Position numbers and translations under genes: made by a program. The notes below the pieces were generated by a model, which was not told where the DNA came from, searched no databases, and was given only the letters and a program-made list of their open reading frames with translations. Shown here piece by piece: positions 47,620-61,181 of a stretch of DNA of 64,000 nucleotides. The DNA lies in contig NC_045696.1 in assembly GCF_009834535.1 (NCBI RefSeq), positions 91,080,001 to 91,144,000 on the forward strand. Direction: 5' to 3'. Source of the DNA: Camelus ferus. Taxonomy: Eukaryota. Numbering within the stretch: the first letter of the stretch is position 1; each line of letters starts with the position of its first letter.

Positions 47620-48860
47620 CACGTCTGTAAATTGTCTGTAAGGTGATTTTCGGATTGCAGGGTTGCTAACCCATGTGCAGGCCATTCTCATCTGTTGCAG
47701 AATGTCAGCATCATGGCTTCCTTCCTGCTCAGATTTCTCCTCTTCCCAGGGAAGAGGGACCAAAGGACTTATGAAGTTGGCAGTGTTGTATCTTGGCTTA
47801 GCATGCTGGACTTATGCAACTCAAATAGGGTTAGCAAAATTAGCAGGTTCAAGAAACATGTGCTGCCAGATCTCATGAGGCCAATACCTGCATTTTCCTT
47901 GATGTTCAGGGCTCTCTGGAGCAGTGCCCACAGTGACTCAGCCTTCTTCCTCAGAACATGGATGGATGAGCAATGAAGTTCAACACCCTATGCTGATAGT
48001 CTTCTGACAACCCTTCAAAATGATTCCTTTGTAAGAAAGCTGAATTTTCAAGAATTAATTCCTTCATGTTCAAAGTGTTGGGCTCCATTTTTATCTGGCC
48101 ACTCACTGCAACTCTTGTTTCCTCACAACTATAATTCTAATGATAGGAAGTATAGGCTGGTTCTCTCCTTTAGAACTATAGAACTTTTGAGGTGCACATT
48201 TAGGAATCTGAATTGCGGTCGAATCTAAAGATTCATCTGTAGGAGATCTGAACTAGGAAGATTGGTTCAACACAAAACTGATCTCTGGAGACAGAGATGA
48301 AAACATTTGATCAAATTAATCTACAACTGCAACTTAAGACTGTTAAATAGTAACCCATGGGGTTAGTCTAAGGGGAACTTCAACAGTATTCTAATGAAGG
48401 GGCTACTGGTATCAAAATAACTGGTGGCTTCCCATCTGTCTGTAGGAGAAAGACAGTTTAGATATTGTAAAAAGTAATCACATCCCCTTACTCAGCTCAA
48501 TACACTTTCCCCAGGTGAGTCCACTTGGTAAACCTGTGTGTAGGTTCTGTGGTGTTCCTAGCATGGCTTTCATGAGAGGGATCATGTAAGCAGAATCCCC
48601 TTGATAATGAGATAAATGTCTTTTCCTGATTTACTTCTTTAGAACTAGGTAACCCTACTCAGTGTAGCACTTTTATTAATCTCCCCTAGGTTGAAAAAAG
48701 CTCTTGATACAGAGAGATTTTTAGCCATGGAATGATTTTAATCCCTTTCTGAGTGGTGGCCCAACTGGTTTAAATCTTCAGATATAGTTAAAGTAGAATG
48801 GACAACAAAAAGAGTCAACCTAATTTACAAAGAGCAGTAACTGATGATAAAGGCATCCAT
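47620..48860 (-). pseudogene. EBLN: bornavirus-like nucleoprotein remnant
   Basis: In order: LGHHSERD vs IGHEKD; YMIPLMKA vs LLIPGLHA; WEATSYF vs LEISSIF; FDQMFSSL vs FKTMMAAL; DLLQM (LLQM at 48234-48245) vs TLLQM; NQP vs GQP; LEPANFANPI*VA vs LAPRSFPNLASAA; DILQQMRM vs EISAIMKM. The ~1.2 kb span fits a 370-400 aa N. Confidence 0.75.
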
Positions 48861-49899
48861 TGGCTTCTGAGTAACTACTCAAAGTTCTAAATTAACTTTA
48901 TTCTCAACTACAGGTCTGAATTTCCCAATCTGTTATTCTCTAAGAGGAGTGGGTAGGCTTTAGGCTTAATTTTTACCACTAATCAGGACCATATTCAGTA
49001 TAACTAAATAGAAAAAAAATTAAGAATAATTTTAAATACTTTGTAGCATTTATTTATTGGTTTATCAATGACTTTTGATTCATACACAAGAACTATCAGT
49101 TAGGCATGCCATCTGATGTTGATCTAGTCTTTTAAAGTTTCTTTAGAGCATTTGTCAACACACCACAACAAAAATCATAGGGGGGAAAGCAAATTCCATT
49201 TTTAAGTAGCACAAGAAAGGGCTTCTGTTTATAGTCATTTCTAATGGTTTTCTGTGGTTATAATATAAATTGGATGCCCATTACCAAATGCAATACATAC
49301 TTTACACTCTGCTGATTCTAGGATGTTACCTAGACTTAATATTGCCTTAGGATTCAAGGATGACTTCACAGATACTTGAAGAATGGCTTTGCCAGGCAGA
49401 TAAGGGGTCAGAGAGTATTCTGCCAGAAGAAACAGCATTTATATGTAGATGGGAGAGAGCCTGACACCTTGGGGCACTTTAAGTGGTGCTTTAAGACCTG
49501 AGCACATTATAATTCCAAGCTCAGCCTTGGAAGATCTCAGCCTGCAGGTTTATCTCTGTAAACAAGTGAGGTAGTCCCTTGCTTGAAAAGAGAATTCAGA
49601 GAATTGCTTTGGTCTCTGCTGTTCATTTTATGTATTAAACCTGCCTTCACTTCCATGTGGGTTTCCTGAATTTTGTTCCTTTGCTTTCAGATGAGTTCAT
49701 TCCTCTTGTGCAGCCTTGGGGACAACTGCTAGCATGGAAGTCTGCCAGGATTTTGATTCAGGCTTTCCCCCAAACAATCTCTGCTTTCATTGAATTTCCT
49801 TTGGGGCAGCCTTCAGGCAAGTGACATCAGCTGTCCCGAGCTCTGTCCCAGACCTCACCCTTTGTATGACTGGGATGGGGATCCAATACCCAGGAAGTA

Positions 49900-50450
49900 A
49901 AACAAGTGGTGAGAAAGGGCCAGATTACTGAGATCCTTGCTTGTTAGTTTAAGGTATTTAAAGTCTATCCATAGGCATGGTGAGCAACTGGATGATTTTA
50001 AAGAGTGTAGTGAGAAGATCAATATCCATTTTAGAAAGATGACCATGATGGTTTGGTAGAAAATGGACAAGGTGTGGAGAACAGTTAGGAAGCTGTGTCA
50101 ATACTCAAAGTTTGTGTCCATGCTCAAGAGAGAATTGAAGAACAAAGATAACAGTAGAGAGGATGGAAAAGGGAAAGATTTTAAAAGATAACGTTGTTGA
50201 GAATTGTTGACTTGGATGTTCAGATTGAGGAATGGGAAACAGAGAAGCTAAGGGAACTTGGTGGGAGGTGGCCCCATACTCCCTGTAACTGAGAACCCAG
50301 GGGGAGGATCAGGTTTAAGGGGAGTTAATGGGGCGATAGTAGATTTAAATCAGATGCATCTTGAGTTGGAGGCTCCTATGAGGAATCCAGGTGTAGCAGC
50401 TCAGGAGGTGGCGGAAAGGATGAGAGAGAAGGCTAAAGCTATAGGTCTAT
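49900..50450 (-). mobile_element. L2 fragments
   Basis: 'catggtgagcaactggatgattttaa...cattttagaaagatgacc...agttaggaagctg'. Confidence 0.55.
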
Positions 50451-53400
50451 GAGTTGTCACTGGCACCCGTATGTTGTGGTAGAATATTATTCAGTGCTTA
50501 AATTATAATAATTAAAACTAAGCAGCAACATGAGAACATGAGAAGAGCAGGATATAAAATTATATCTATTTTGTGATTTTAACTATGTAAAATTATGTTT
50601 GAAATGGATAAATATAAGAAGGGGAAATGGAAAAAATTAAACATAGCATATTTGTTAACATAGTGGGTTCTTTTTAAATTTAATTATTCATATCCAGCCT
50701 CTTCTCAAAAAGAATTTGTAATGTCATGAGATTTTGTTAATTTTATAAAAAATGACTTCTATTATACTATTTGTATAAAATATTAAAAATTAATGAGATA
50801 TCATATGAGAAAAAGCTTGTAAACTTCCAGGTGAATGATTATTATAATATGATCATTGTTCTTTTTTGCTTGTCTTTAAAGAAGCGGTATTTTCATAACT
50901 AACTTCTAGCACTTTCCTCCGAATATTTGTATTAGTATATCAATTATCTACATCCTTTTGAAGATCATAGTCAGCCAGGGAATTTCCTGAAAACTCAGAA
51001 TATGAATAAAGCACAAGAAAAAAAAAAGAGGGTAGATGAAATTTGCTTGGATTATAAAACCTATTTTTTTGAACAATCTCTATATGTCAGCACCATGTGC
51101 TGATGATACATAAAAAGAATAAAAATATTCCACATTGTCGGGGATCTTAGAGTTTGGTGCAGGAGATGAAGAGTAAATAGGCAATTATTCTACAGCATGA
51201 TTAGTAAGGTCATGGATCTTTACTAAGGGAACACATAGGGACAGTGGGGGCTTCTCAGAGGAAATGGTGTCTGCAGTGAGTCTTTTTTTTTTCATTTTTC
51301 AGTTTTATTAGGTAGAATTGTTATAGTTTGACTGCACATATACAATATATTGCATGTAACTACGTATATACAATATACTGCACATATTTTTTAGTTTACA
51401 TATGTGTACTAATCATTGTTTCTAAGAACAGTTTAGAGCTTAAACTTTTTAAACTTACAGAGGGAAAAATAGGAGGAGGAACAGGCGTGGGTGGGAAGAT
51501 GGTAAATTCAGTTTCAGTACATTGAGTTAAAGGAGTCTCTGGGAGAGCCATGTGATGGAAATGTCTTGTAGGTGGTGATATTTACTGGTTGGGAGTTTGA
51601 ATGAGGGATCTGGGCTAAGATGTCTCAAATGAGCGGGCTAAAATTGGAGCTGGCTGTTGAAGGATGAGTCCATGCTGTTCTTTGTGTGGCACATATAAGA
51701 TGCAGATGTAAGTTTACATATATCAATGTATGAATGAAGGAATAACATCAATGGATTCTTTGGAATTGGAGAGAACTTCAGGGACCATCTAATTTATAAG
51801 ATTACCAATGAGTAGGTAAGAATACTGAAGTCAGAGAAAAGAAATTTACCCAATGACACAAGTTAGATTCTGAAACCTAGACTTTATGAATTTATGTCCA
51901 GTGTTCTTTCTGCTCTATATTGGTACTGGAGTGGAGGTAGAAAAGAGAACTGAACGAGGAAAAACGTGAAAGAGGAAACTGTATTAACTAGAGCAAGAAG
52001 CAGGAGTTTGCCACTAAATGATAAATGAGGCTACTGTCCCTGATCCTCACTCCCCACCTTCCTAGAAAGCAGTCACTCAAATTTGCATGGTCACCATCTT
52101 GAAGCCCAGATTTTCTCCCTTTTTCCTTAGGTTAGGGTTTATTTTGCCTCTATGTGAAAGTTATGAAGGGTTGCTTTGTTCTGGGAGAAATGTTGTCACC
52201 TGTTGGAGTCAAAAGCCATGACTTCTATTGCTGTGTGACCCAGGAAAAACTATGGACTTTCATAAAAGAAAGATGCAATTGTGTAATAGCTTTCTCAACT
52301 GCTGTGATGTTTCAGGGCAACCTAACTGTAATGTCATTTCCATGCTTCTAAATTGTTTTTTATCCTAGATGAAATGAAATGAAGCTGTTAATGACAAGCT
52401 GAATGGGAAATGCATCTGGCAGCTTTGTGAAGTATGCATCAGGCTGCCCTCTACTCCGTGAGAGCAACACCTTGCTTTTATTTTGCCCAGCTCTTCAAAG
52501 TGAAATGGCAAATAGCATTAGCAGATCAGGTCGGGAGGACTTAAGTTGGCTTTGTAGTAAAACTTGGTGTTTCTTTGCTGTTGGAGGCATTTGTGTGTTA
52601 AGTGCCCCAGTCTGTTCAGATCTCAGATGGGGAATTTTTGGATTTGGAGAGTAGTGACTGTCCCAGGTTGGTGGGCAGTTTGCAGGGTAGGTTGTGTGTT
52701 AAAGAAAATCAGCCATTTCTTAAGGTTGGCCTTGCTGAGGCTTGGGTAAAAGGTTAGGAGGACAGAACTCATTAGGCGGGAAGGTGTTTTACATTATCAA
52801 AGCAAGACTTTCTCAAGGCGGTTTGTCCTTTTGCCAGGGGGAAGATGAGTTTTCTAAATGACTTAACTAACTTCTTTTTTGGCATACTTTTGCAATTGGT
52901 TCATTTCCAGGTACCAGAAAGAATGTAAATATGGAATGAATCAACTTTTTCCACATTTTTCTCTAGCAGTTCTTTTATGAAGAACAGATTTTCCATAGAG
53001 GAAATTAAAAAATACATAAAACTGAGAAGCCATGGTGTTGTTGAGAACGGCCTTATTTTCCATGTCACTTTGTAACTGGCAGTGCACACTGCATTCAAAT
53101 GGCATTAATATAAAGCACAGAGTTTGTTTCAATTAGCTTTATTTTTCCTCGAGATGAGGAATTATCATAAATCCCTGAAATAACAGTTGACTCACAGAGA
53201 TTGTTGTGTCATTGCATTAGGAATTTTTTTACAGCCTTTTTTCAAACTACATCTAGTTATAAAAATGATGAAACTCTGATTTAATGCATTTGATATGGGC
53301 CTTTTGCCTAAATTAAGAAGAGGGAGAGAAGGGCAATGATATAACTCATTTCCCAAAGACAGACAAATTATTCTTTTGCAGTAAATTTGGATAGAATGAT

Positions 53401-55043
53401 TTTTTTTTCCATTTTAGAGCATTTCTCTACAAGAAACATAAGAATTTTCATTAGCATTTGCTTCAGATTTTTTCTTGGATGCCATTCTTTTGAACGATTT
53501 AAAAATATTCTTTCGGCGCATCTGTAAACATCTGAAAACTCGATATTTGGTAAAAGACAATTGATATGGACAGCTCAAAAAGCCAGAACTTTATGCAAAG
53601 CGGTATCTGGATTGCCATCTAAATGAAAACCGCATGTCAAACAGATGCCATAAATATGAATTCAGACAAATGCCCATTGATAGTTTTTCCGTGGTGTGCC
53701 TTAGACGGTTCCATGAGTTACAGATCGCATGAAGTGCAGCCTGTTTGGTATGCTGAAGGCAAGTTAAAGTTCCTTTCCTTTCTGTTGTGACACTACAAGT
53801 CTAACCTTTATTGTCAGGGTCTCCGCTGAATTTTCTAACAGCAGATGAGTGGGAATTCACGGAAATAGCATGTGTTTCACCAGTTTCCTTTATTTCTCCC
53901 CCAGGACAAGCAGCTGTCAGGTCAGACCCCCATTGCAGAGCTTGAAGCCCTCAAGAGCAGGGATATATTTGCCTTGTTCTGAGGGCAGGCTTTCTGCCGA
54001 CTCGGGAGATCACATAAATACCTTCAGGCCAGCATATCTGAGTCATCAGTGAGTGACCTCCCTGACAGGCTAAAACCACAAAATGCGACTTATGGAGCTG
54101 TCCAAACAGGCTGCCCAGTGCTGGGTTCCACCAGAGCAATAAACAGGAAGGGATGAATTCATTCATGTTCACACTGCCATTTTTCTACATAGTAGGAAAC
54201 TAATTCCAGAGAGTAATAGTAGCATAAAAATGCAGCCATGTAACTTTTATAACCCCATTTCCTCTGGTGCTTTACAATGAAATCCAGAGTCTTTGATAGA
54301 ACTTGTTCTATATCCTGAGTTCTTAATAATCACAGTTTGATGTAGTTTTAGAGAGAAAATTTGACTTTTTAAGATACGAATATAATGGCTTTTCATTAGC
54401 AGAGCTCACTGGCAAGGCAAGGAGGGCCACTTTTGCAGCTAACCTTCTCTGGGTCCAGGGAGGTGAGCTTCCTGGAATGAAGAGGGAGGAAAATACTGAC
54501 CCTTATTTTCAGGTGTGTGTCATTCTTGTGCAGACGTTGAGAACATATTTACCTTGTGTCCTTTAATACCATTTGTTCTCTTGTGTTTCTTCTCAATAAT
54601 AATATCTAACATTTATTTATTGCTAGGTCATTCACCTAGGTCATATACTTCTTAAAACAACTCTGTGAGATTTGTGTTAATATTATTGGCCTCATGGTGA
54701 AACCAAAGCTGATGGGGGTAAAGCAAGAAGTCATGTTCATAAAGGGTAAATGAATAATTTGAATCCTGGCTGTCTGCCCACAAAGCCTGTGTTGTTGTTT
54801 TTCATTCATTTACGAAGGCATGAAAAATATGTGAATAAGTAGAGGGGCATAGAAATTTTGCTTTTATACCACAGGGCTGTTGAATACCTGTATTCATGAA
54901 GTATATTACTTAGCACATTATCATTCCCATTTTATAGATGAGAAATAGATATGTTAACTTGTGCAAAGATCAAAAAACTAACAAGAGTTAAGCATTGAAC
55001 CCAGGAAATCCCACCTTAGAGTTTGTGCCCTTAACCACTATAA

Positions 55044-55225
55044 GGAAATGGTTTTTCCCCTAGAGCCTCCCTAAAGGAAAACAATCTTGCTGACGTCTTG
55101 GTTTTAGCCTAGTGAGACCTGTGTCAGACTTCTAACCTACAGAACAGTAAGCTAATAAATTTGTGTCATTTTTATGCTACCTAATTTGTGGTAATTTGTT
55201 AAAGCAGCAACTGTAAACTCATACA
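55044..55225 (+). mobile_element. MLT1 LTR 3' fragment
   Basis: 'cccctagagcctcc...gtgagacctgtgtcagacttctaacctacagaac..aataaatttgtg...gcagcaactgtaaactcataca'. Confidence 0.75.
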
Positions 55226-57749
55226 GGTGGCACTGAAAGATTTTCCTCAGAGTTTGGGCAGGACCAGACTTGCTGTCTGTGTGAAATCTCTGTGTTGACC
55301 ATAGAGAGTCTGGATTATTAAGGGGTAAGGCTGAAAGCAGAGAGATGAATTAGGAGGCTTGTAATGGCAAAAGCAACAGAGGGTTGGGGTTTACCCTAAG
55401 ACAGTAGATACAATTTTGTTCATTTTTCAAAGCACCTGTGGAATAAAGGTTGTATAGTTGGAAAGAAGGAGCCAGAGCTGAGCACATTTTAAAAATTTAG
55501 GATAAAGAGTAGATACTTGTTGGAACTGTGTATCAGAGCAAGTAGGAGAAGGGGTGGGTTTTGGCCTGTGGGATGAGGGGGATGTGTTGGCAGGGAGAGT
55601 ATCACACCATTTCTGGTGTATCTGTGAACAAAATGGTGGCTGTGGTGGTGATGGTGGAGATGATGGCAGTGGTAGGGAATGGTGATACTTGGGCACAGGT
55701 AGAAGGACATGCAGGCATCTTAGCTTGATGTCTTCTCTGTTTCTCTGTGGAGAAGGAGGGGAGTTCATCAACGGAAAATAAGTGAGGTAAGCTTCAAAAT
55801 AGCCCACGTGCAGAATGGTGGGGGAGAGAGGGGCAGCCTGGTGAGGTTAAAACCTTCCTGCTGCCACACTTTACAGTTGTGTTATACATGTCTTCCTCTT
55901 ACCAAATGCTCAGCAGCCCAGGAGCAGGAGCAGAGATGGGCATGTTGAGGAGTAAGGATTTGGAAGAGGAGGGGAATGAGAGTTTTTACTCTCCTTTTCA
56001 GTGCGGAAGTGATTTTTATGTAGGAAAGAAGGAAAGACCTAATTTTGTCTGAGGCTGATTTCATGAGTTCCCAACAAGGACATCCATCTTATAATTCTCT
56101 ACAAAACCTCCCTAGTTCAATAACACCTCCCCCAATATTGCGACTAGGTCTTTCCTTCAAAAAAGGTCTGCCTTCTGTGAAGGTAGCTACCTCAAGAAGC
56201 GGGTATAGCAAGTGATGCCAGCCTTTGTATGGATGGGTCAGCTCCTCTTCTGGGAAAAATATTACTGGTGAAGGAATAAGGGGGAGCATGAGGGTGAGGA
56301 GGGTAGGACAAGGGGCTACATTGGGGGATGGAAAAGTGAATTGCTGGAGCTCTGAAGATAAATTGTTTCTCAACTACTTATGCCCACCTTCCAGGTTCCC
56401 AAATGGAGTGCCTGGGCCTGGATGGGCTTCAGGGGATAGTAAGACATTTTTTTCCCATAGATCACATGGATATTCTGTGTGCTGTCAAAGTTTGCTTACA
56501 CTTTGAAGTGTGTCTGCATTTGGTCCTTTGGGAGGCAAAGGTTAGAAACCACAGAAGAGGTATAGGAAAGGCACACGCTCCCTCCAGGCCTGGAGGAAGA
56601 AGTCTCTGGCACCTTCAGGCAACAGAGAGATGGAATGAACAGAGTCAGTGCCATCTTATATAAGACAAAGTGGGGGAGATAAGAAGACATAGCATTCACT
56701 CCTAAAAGTTCCCTGAGGGCTGGTAAACCTCTTTGGGAGGGCTGTCCTACAAAGAATGCACAGCTTGCTGGGTTTCGAGTTCTGTTTAATATCAAAGAAA
56801 ACCTTTCTCATCTTTAAAAAAAAATTTGAAAAGAGAGCCTGCAATCCCCAGTGCCTCAGATTTATGTTTTCCAAATGTGGACCTCTATTTCTCTGTGCTC
56901 AATATCTTTTTAATGGGCTACAAATATTTAAAATGTGTAAACACCATGGGAGGATGAGTATTTTAAGTGTATAGGGATGTGGCTAGATTAGGAAAACTAG
57001 GATGTCATGATGGAAGGGGGAAGCATGAGATGAGATGTCCCAGCAGTCTAAATTGTCGGACTGGAGCACACCCTTAGGGTAGACGAAGTGAAAACATTTG
57101 TGCATCTGAACTTTCAAAAACATCACCTGGACAAAAGCATACAGCACCTTTCTTTGGAATTTATCCTTTCTCCGGGGAGAGAGGGGTTTGAGTTGCTTTT
57201 CCTTCTGTACTGACCTATCTTCCAGAGGAAGTGGGGTCAAGTGTGTATTGGAAACACTCCCCTGGTAATTCTGATAGACTCTTCTTGTTCCACCCTGGTC
57301 CTTCCCCAGTGGGGATTAACAGATTCAAAGCCAAATCCTGACATGATCAGAAAAGACTGCTTGTTATAAATAGAGTGATGTGTTTCCAGGCAAAATAATT
57401 TCTGGAGTCTTCTCTGTGGTTTTCCTTAATGGACTCCCTTGACCAGACACACCAAAACCAGAGATGCAGAAGGGGAGGAGAATATACTGCAGGATGTTTT
57501 GGTGAAGATTAAATGAGATATTAATGTGGGTGAATCACTTGCACATGGAGAGCCCCTCAATAAATGTCAGTTCCCTTCCTCATCGTGGCATCAAGTGACA
57601 ATGAATTACTTCTTTTGTTTCCTAGTGCTTGTTTCTGTTTGCATGTTTCTGTACATATCAGAGAATTTGGAACTGAATGGAGTACCATGGATCTCAGCTG
57701 TGAATGTTTTGTTTGCTTGCTCTTGATCATTGAGTCCCCCGTGGTAAGT

Positions 57750-58020
57750 GGCAGAATGCACAGTGGTGAGAACATGGCCTCTGGAACCAGATTGACTGGA
57801 TTTGAACCCAGGCGTCACCCTTTTTAACAGCATCATCCTGGGCAAGTCTCTTAACTTCTTAATGCCTCTATTTCCTTATTACAAAGTTGGAGAGGGCATA
57901 TAACAATGGTACCTGCCACATGGGGTTGTCCTGTGGATTAAATGAGTTACATATATAAAGCATGGAAACCAGGGCCTGGCATCAAGTAAGACCTGTAAAA
58001 GTGACTGTTGTTATTAGCTT
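57750..58020 (+). mobile_element. Near full-length MIR SINE
   Basis: 'cagtggtgagaacatggcctctggaaccaga...ctgggcaagtctcttaacttc..tgcctc..ggttgtcctgtggattaaatgag'. Confidence 0.75.
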
Positions 58021-61000
58021 TTGGTCAATACATTTAAGGCATTTATAATGGAGTTCAATAAATGTTAGCTCTTGTCTTTATTGTTATATAATCTATAAAA
58101 CATGGTCAAAGATCTCTGATCCATGAACCTAAATTCCAGCTTCTTGACCATAATTTCAGACTCAGAATGATTTCTAGGACCAGAACTAGGAACTATTAGC
58201 AGGGGTTAAGGTGGGAACCAAAGTCGGTCTTCAGAAGGTACTCAGCTGCTTGGGACTTTAAGTCCTCCTCCAAGGCTCCCATGAATGACAGAGGATTATC
58301 AGTTTCTTAAATACCATAGACTATATTTGCATACTCTTGAGCAATGGACCCAACTGTGCCCACAGACACAAGTAAAAATAAACAAATTCATTGTCAAAAT
58401 TTAAAATTTTGGCTGCTTCCAAGAAACTCTGGACATTCTACCTCTCAAACAGTTAGAGGATCTACAGTTCTGAATTTGCTCTCCTACATGGCAACATCTG
58501 CTTCGGCTGTGTAGAACTACCCATTTTAGACCGTCCTTTCATTTTTTACTTTTCCACAGTCCCCGCCACCCTATAATATGTTGCATCTGGCTCCTCTCAC
58601 TCATCAGTCTTATTGCCTGATCTTGGTAGGCCTCTGAATTCGCAGCTCCTGCTGTAAACTGATATAAGAGAAATGTTGCTGAGATGCAGGGCAGATGGTA
58701 CATTTCCACCATATTGAAAAGAGATACGTATTTCCACCATAATTTGGAAAGAGATAATGTTCATCCAGTCTTGATTTATGATTCCTACACCTCAGGTGTG
58801 CCAAACTGATGTCTGTCACTGGCAGTTACTATCAGAAAATGTTCACCATAGCTGGAAACCATTAAGAAGTAATACCAAAAAGAGTAGCCTAGGTTAGGGT
58901 GGTATTTCCAGAGTCATAGAAAATATGTTTTAACACAGGTACTCTCAGTTATTATGGCTTTGTAATATAATTCTTCTGAAAATAATAGTTTTACTTGAAT
59001 ACCAGAGATAAAAACCAGACATTTGGAATCCAACTGTAGGGACAGCTTTAGAAATCGGATATTTGAGAACTTGGATATCGAGTCTCCATTTCTGGAATTA
59101 GAAGCAGTAAGACTAAAGAAGTGATGAGCTGATCTTTGGTATATCCAGGAGGACAAGGAGTCTATTTTAAATCTTATGTATAGTTGTGTTTACTCCCACC
59201 AAACCATCACTCTGGTCCTGGCACCTCCTTTTGAAATAAATCATGAAATAAAAGGGTTTCTGTTGTTCATATTACAGTTGTTCTGAAGGAGAGACCCTAT
59301 AATTTAGATTTATCAGAGGCCCAGAGGTATGTGTCAAGTGTTCAAGATATATTTTAGGTGGAAGATGTATTTTTCAGAAGTGGGTGATGTTCAGTTAGTG
59401 TTGGATTGAAAATGTGACTCCTTTGCTTGCCAACATGGGAGAGGATTCAGGAACTCCATGTTTCCTCAAGTCTTTTTGGACCAAGTAGAAGACCATCACT
59501 GTCAGAGTGTACAGCTCAGCGTTGCATCATGCAATGCAAATTGCTCGGCATGCTTCTTTATCAGCAGAGCTGTATGTTAATGTAACTGTCACATTAAATA
59601 TTTGCTGCTGTGACTCAGTTAATGACTGTCATAAAAGTGTGGCAGTATCTGGCATTTTAAGTGTTTGTGGTGCCTAATGTGCAGCTTGCTATTGTAAATA
59701 GGCCACACATTTAAAACTAATTACATGCAAGCTATGATAGCAGGTTTATTTTTTACAACTATCTGAGCTGTGATCAGCACTTGTAATCACAAAGCAAGGA
59801 AAAAATAGGCAGTGACAGTAACACCTTCATGTTGAAAGCAAATTCTTGTTCTGAAGTGTTATAAAGTATTAAGTGTTTTCCAATAGAAAGTGAATACGTT
59901 TAGTCAGAGGCAAGATATAATTACGAAATAGCCTGAATCTGGCTTATATACTATGTTTATATCCGCACACATTTTTTTTTCTTTAAAGCTTTATCCAGTC
60001 TGGTAAACACCCCAAATTGTATCACTTTTGAAGCAATATTTTTTTTCACTTCTTCTGAGGGTCAAGGAAAGGAAAGTTGCTGTCTTTTTTGAGTCTCAGT
60101 GGTACTTTGCTTTCTGTTTGTGATTTTGGTTGAAGCAGAGTTACAAATTGGTTAAAACATGAAAGAGGCTGATAATGTTTGGTTCCTCCTAGCTCAGGAA
60201 TGCCTCATTCCTGCTGCCATCTTGAACATTTACCGAAACTATCCTCCAAGTCTGAAATAAGTAAACAGATTTCTGAAAAGTGGTTATAGACCGGGGAGTC
60301 TAAATCTGGAGTCAGTGGCTTCCTTAGGTTCTGTGGATGTTGTTGGGGGCAAGAGGAAAGCACAGACCTCCCTTAAATGCATGCAAAATTTTACAGGCTT
60401 TTTTTTTTTTTCCTTTCTGGAGAGAGAATCCAGAACTTTCTTCAGAGCTTGAGAAGGAATATTGGGTAATGCAATTTACCAGCTTGCCTAGACCACAGGA
60501 AACGGTGAAAGTGGTTCTCCAAGGAGTACCTGGGTATCTGCAGTCCTGAGGATGTCAAGACAAAGGGCTTATGACAGGCGAGAAGTTCTCTCTGAGACAA
60601 TTGCTGCTCATTTTCAAAAAGTTCTAGAAAAACCTGACTGCCGGGGTCCCTCTGAGAGCTTTGAAATGGGCTCCATATCCCTTTTCTCAAGCTCAGGTCT
60701 TCGATCCTATGGAGTGTAGGGGAGAGGGGTGGAGATGATGGGGGCAGACATACAGTGGCAGCAGCAGCTCCCCACCCTCTTTTTGGTCTAGTGTTGAGCC
60801 TGACCAGAGCTTTCCTGGCTCTTGCGGATTTCTTTCCAATCCAGTGGAGGTGGCAGAGTTGACCGTGCTGTGTCACCTCTGAAGCTCAGGTGGATGGAAA
60901 CTGAGTCCAAATGCTGGGACTGAGGAAAAAGAGATTGGTCCAGGAGTCAGTCTGGGGCGGCTGGGAACTTTGAGACAAGGCTGCTGCCTGGCTGACCGAT

Positions 61001-61181
61001 GATGGTGACAAAGGCCAGGCAACCCTCAAAGGATTGAGTGGAGGCTCTGAATCTCTTGTGTGTCTTACAATCCACGTTCCTGTCTGTTCACATCTCTTTT
61101 CCTCTCCCTTTGCTGCTTCTTGTGGAGACTCCAGAGTTAAATGCAAGGGCTCAATACCAGTGAATACTCTGCTCTCCCTTC

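Larger units (their letters stand above)
36650..48860 (-). other. Endogenous bornavirus-like element: near-genome-length, degraded, N-G-(P?)-M-L
   Basis: More than 25 colinear peptide motifs on the minus strand match recalled BDV N, G, M and L. Many stops and frameshifts. TE insertions inside. Confidence 0.8.

Noticed and set aside
48770..48781. CTGAAGATTTAA resembling a filovirus gene-start signal, with a ccATGG at 48728
   Set aside because: It lies within the inferred N coding region, and the other evidence is bornaviral.
49241..49438. Minus ORF with LTPYLPGKAILQVSV resembling the BDV N N-terminus (LPKLPGKFLQYTV)
   Set aside because: The DNA looks like an L2 fragment, and a better-spaced N N-terminal match (LGHHSERD) lies at ~48750-48770. 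Treated as probable chance. It shows that single short matches are unreliable.
58560..59160. Unique-looking stretch with 70-80 aa ORFs, considered as a second viral fossil
   Set aside because: No motif recognised in the frames I translated.
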